A stretch of DNA of 61,588 nt, counting the filler, from Choristocarpus tenellus KU-1152 (taxonomy: Eukaryota; Protista; Phaeophyceae): the NCBI GenBank assembly GCA_964200185.2. It is 10 parts of 10 records of this genome, joined end to end, with 100 filler letters (N's around TTAATTAATTAA, not from the genome) between each part and the next. Parts side by side here need not be neighbours in the genome. Positions count along the whole stretch, not along the records: positions 58,702 to 61,588 come from CAXNAD020023914.1; 9 more parts are not named here. One strand, given 5' to 3'. Below, in pieces: positions 60,279-61,588 of the stretch; within the stretch, counting starts at the first letter, position 1, and every line of letters starts with the position of its first letter. Below the pieces are notes generated by a model. The model was not told the origin of the DNA. It saw nothing but the letters and a program-made list of their open reading frames with translations, and made no database searches. Position numbers and translations under genes: made by a program.

Positions 60279-61588
60279 CTGACATACTAGGATGCAATTT
60301 ATAGTTATATCTTACACACATGACAAACCTGGCCTTGGATTAGGGGTTGGATGGCATGGTGGATAATATTATTAATGAAATTATTTTGGGCATATCTTAC
60401 ACTGTCATGATTCATCAGGGCAGGTAGTGTTTCTCATGTCAGTCAAAGTACCTTAGATATGAGCATTTTTTTTCCTGTTGATGTGACCTCGTTTTGGGAG
60501 GTTTCAGAACAAAACCGGCCTACATTGTCGTATTTTCTCATAATATATTGACACAGTAAAATATTGAGACCGTATCTGCACCGCCAACAACATGGCTCTT
60601 ACTTTTTATTTGCCAATTCCTGGTACTTCACGATTGCTCTGCACTCACTGTGGTGTAAATATTTTTGTTCTGCATGGACCATGTAACACACATTGTCCAG
60701 GGCAAAGGTGGGAACACATCACCTCTGTAACATATCTTTTTTGTTCGTCTCTATGCTCAGATTTCGTTTCCTCTGAAGTGCGCACTATATCCAGGAAAAC
60801 GCCCAGACTTGGTCCTCCCTATCAAGCCTTATCCAGGATAAAACTCAGGACCTTTTTGCTCTGTAATGTGCCTACTACTCACACATACCGGGTTCAGCCA
60901 CGCCAATACTCCTCAAATCACCCTCCTTCCTAAACACAGCAATATTAGCTAGGGAAAGTCCGTACCAGGGTACAGTCTTCAGTTCTTGCCTTGTGACTAA
61001 GATAATCCATCAGAAGCTTAATTATTTTTGTTCTGAGAAAAAATTGTGCCACAAGAAGTGTTTGAAACTTGGGTGGGCCATCTCAGGAGAGAAACACCGG
61101 AGGTCATTGTGCATGCTCTGGCCTTAATCTCTCTGCAAACTGAAGTTCTGGAATACGGCTAGCTTCATTCAAAAGAGCAATGGCACACATGAAACACTTA
61201 CACGTATGCTTCCATATAGTACACACTCCGGAGTACTTTGAAGTATTAATAATATTTGTCGCCCCACATCGAGAGTATATATATATGTATGTATATTTTC
61301 TCCTCTACTGTAGGCATGGCAACATGCTAAGATGATATGTTCTAAAAGCTCCAAGAAGGAGAAATGACCACACCCAAGGCAGCATCATTGTACACAATTA
61401 ACTGTCCTTGCTCTGCTGACTGGAATGCACATCATCATCTAGGACATTCCCAGGTAGCAAAAGAAGACAAATATTATTGCTCTTCTTCTGTATCCACCTT
61501 CAAGAAACAGAGAAATAAGAGGTAGATTATGTATTGAACTGCCCCGCACATGGATAGATGTCTTCACCTTGCCCCCACATTTAACAGG

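Overview
Eukaryotic nuclear DNA, most likely a brown alga or close ochrophyte relative (inferred from the bipartite plastid-targeting peptide, long GT-AG introns and TTAGGG units). The window is not contiguous: it is ten contigs joined by artificial 100-nt linkers (N44-TTAATTAATTAA-N44). Host genes reconstructed by hand-splicing are a complete 4-exon plastid-targeted PDZ + [2Fe-2S] ferredoxin gene, three exons of a Ser/Thr kinase, the last exon of RNA polymerase III largest subunit (RPC1), the last exon of a TadA-like deaminase, the 5' exons of a small membrane protein, and a spliced but stop-interrupted (pseudo)gene. Most of the rest is transposon debris: three MITE families sharing an AAAGTATCT terminal core, two Copia families, a Gypsy relic, a CRE-like RLE retroposon, a probable Harbinger relic and a heavily decayed Polinton/Maverick-type DNA polymerase. 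The most unusual signal is precise gain of whole telomeric hexamers (TTAGGG/CCCTAA) inside individual transposon copies, visible by comparing paralogous copies within this window. No prokaryote-type system (CRISPR, operon) is supported. All family assignments are from motif recognition by eye, not from searches.
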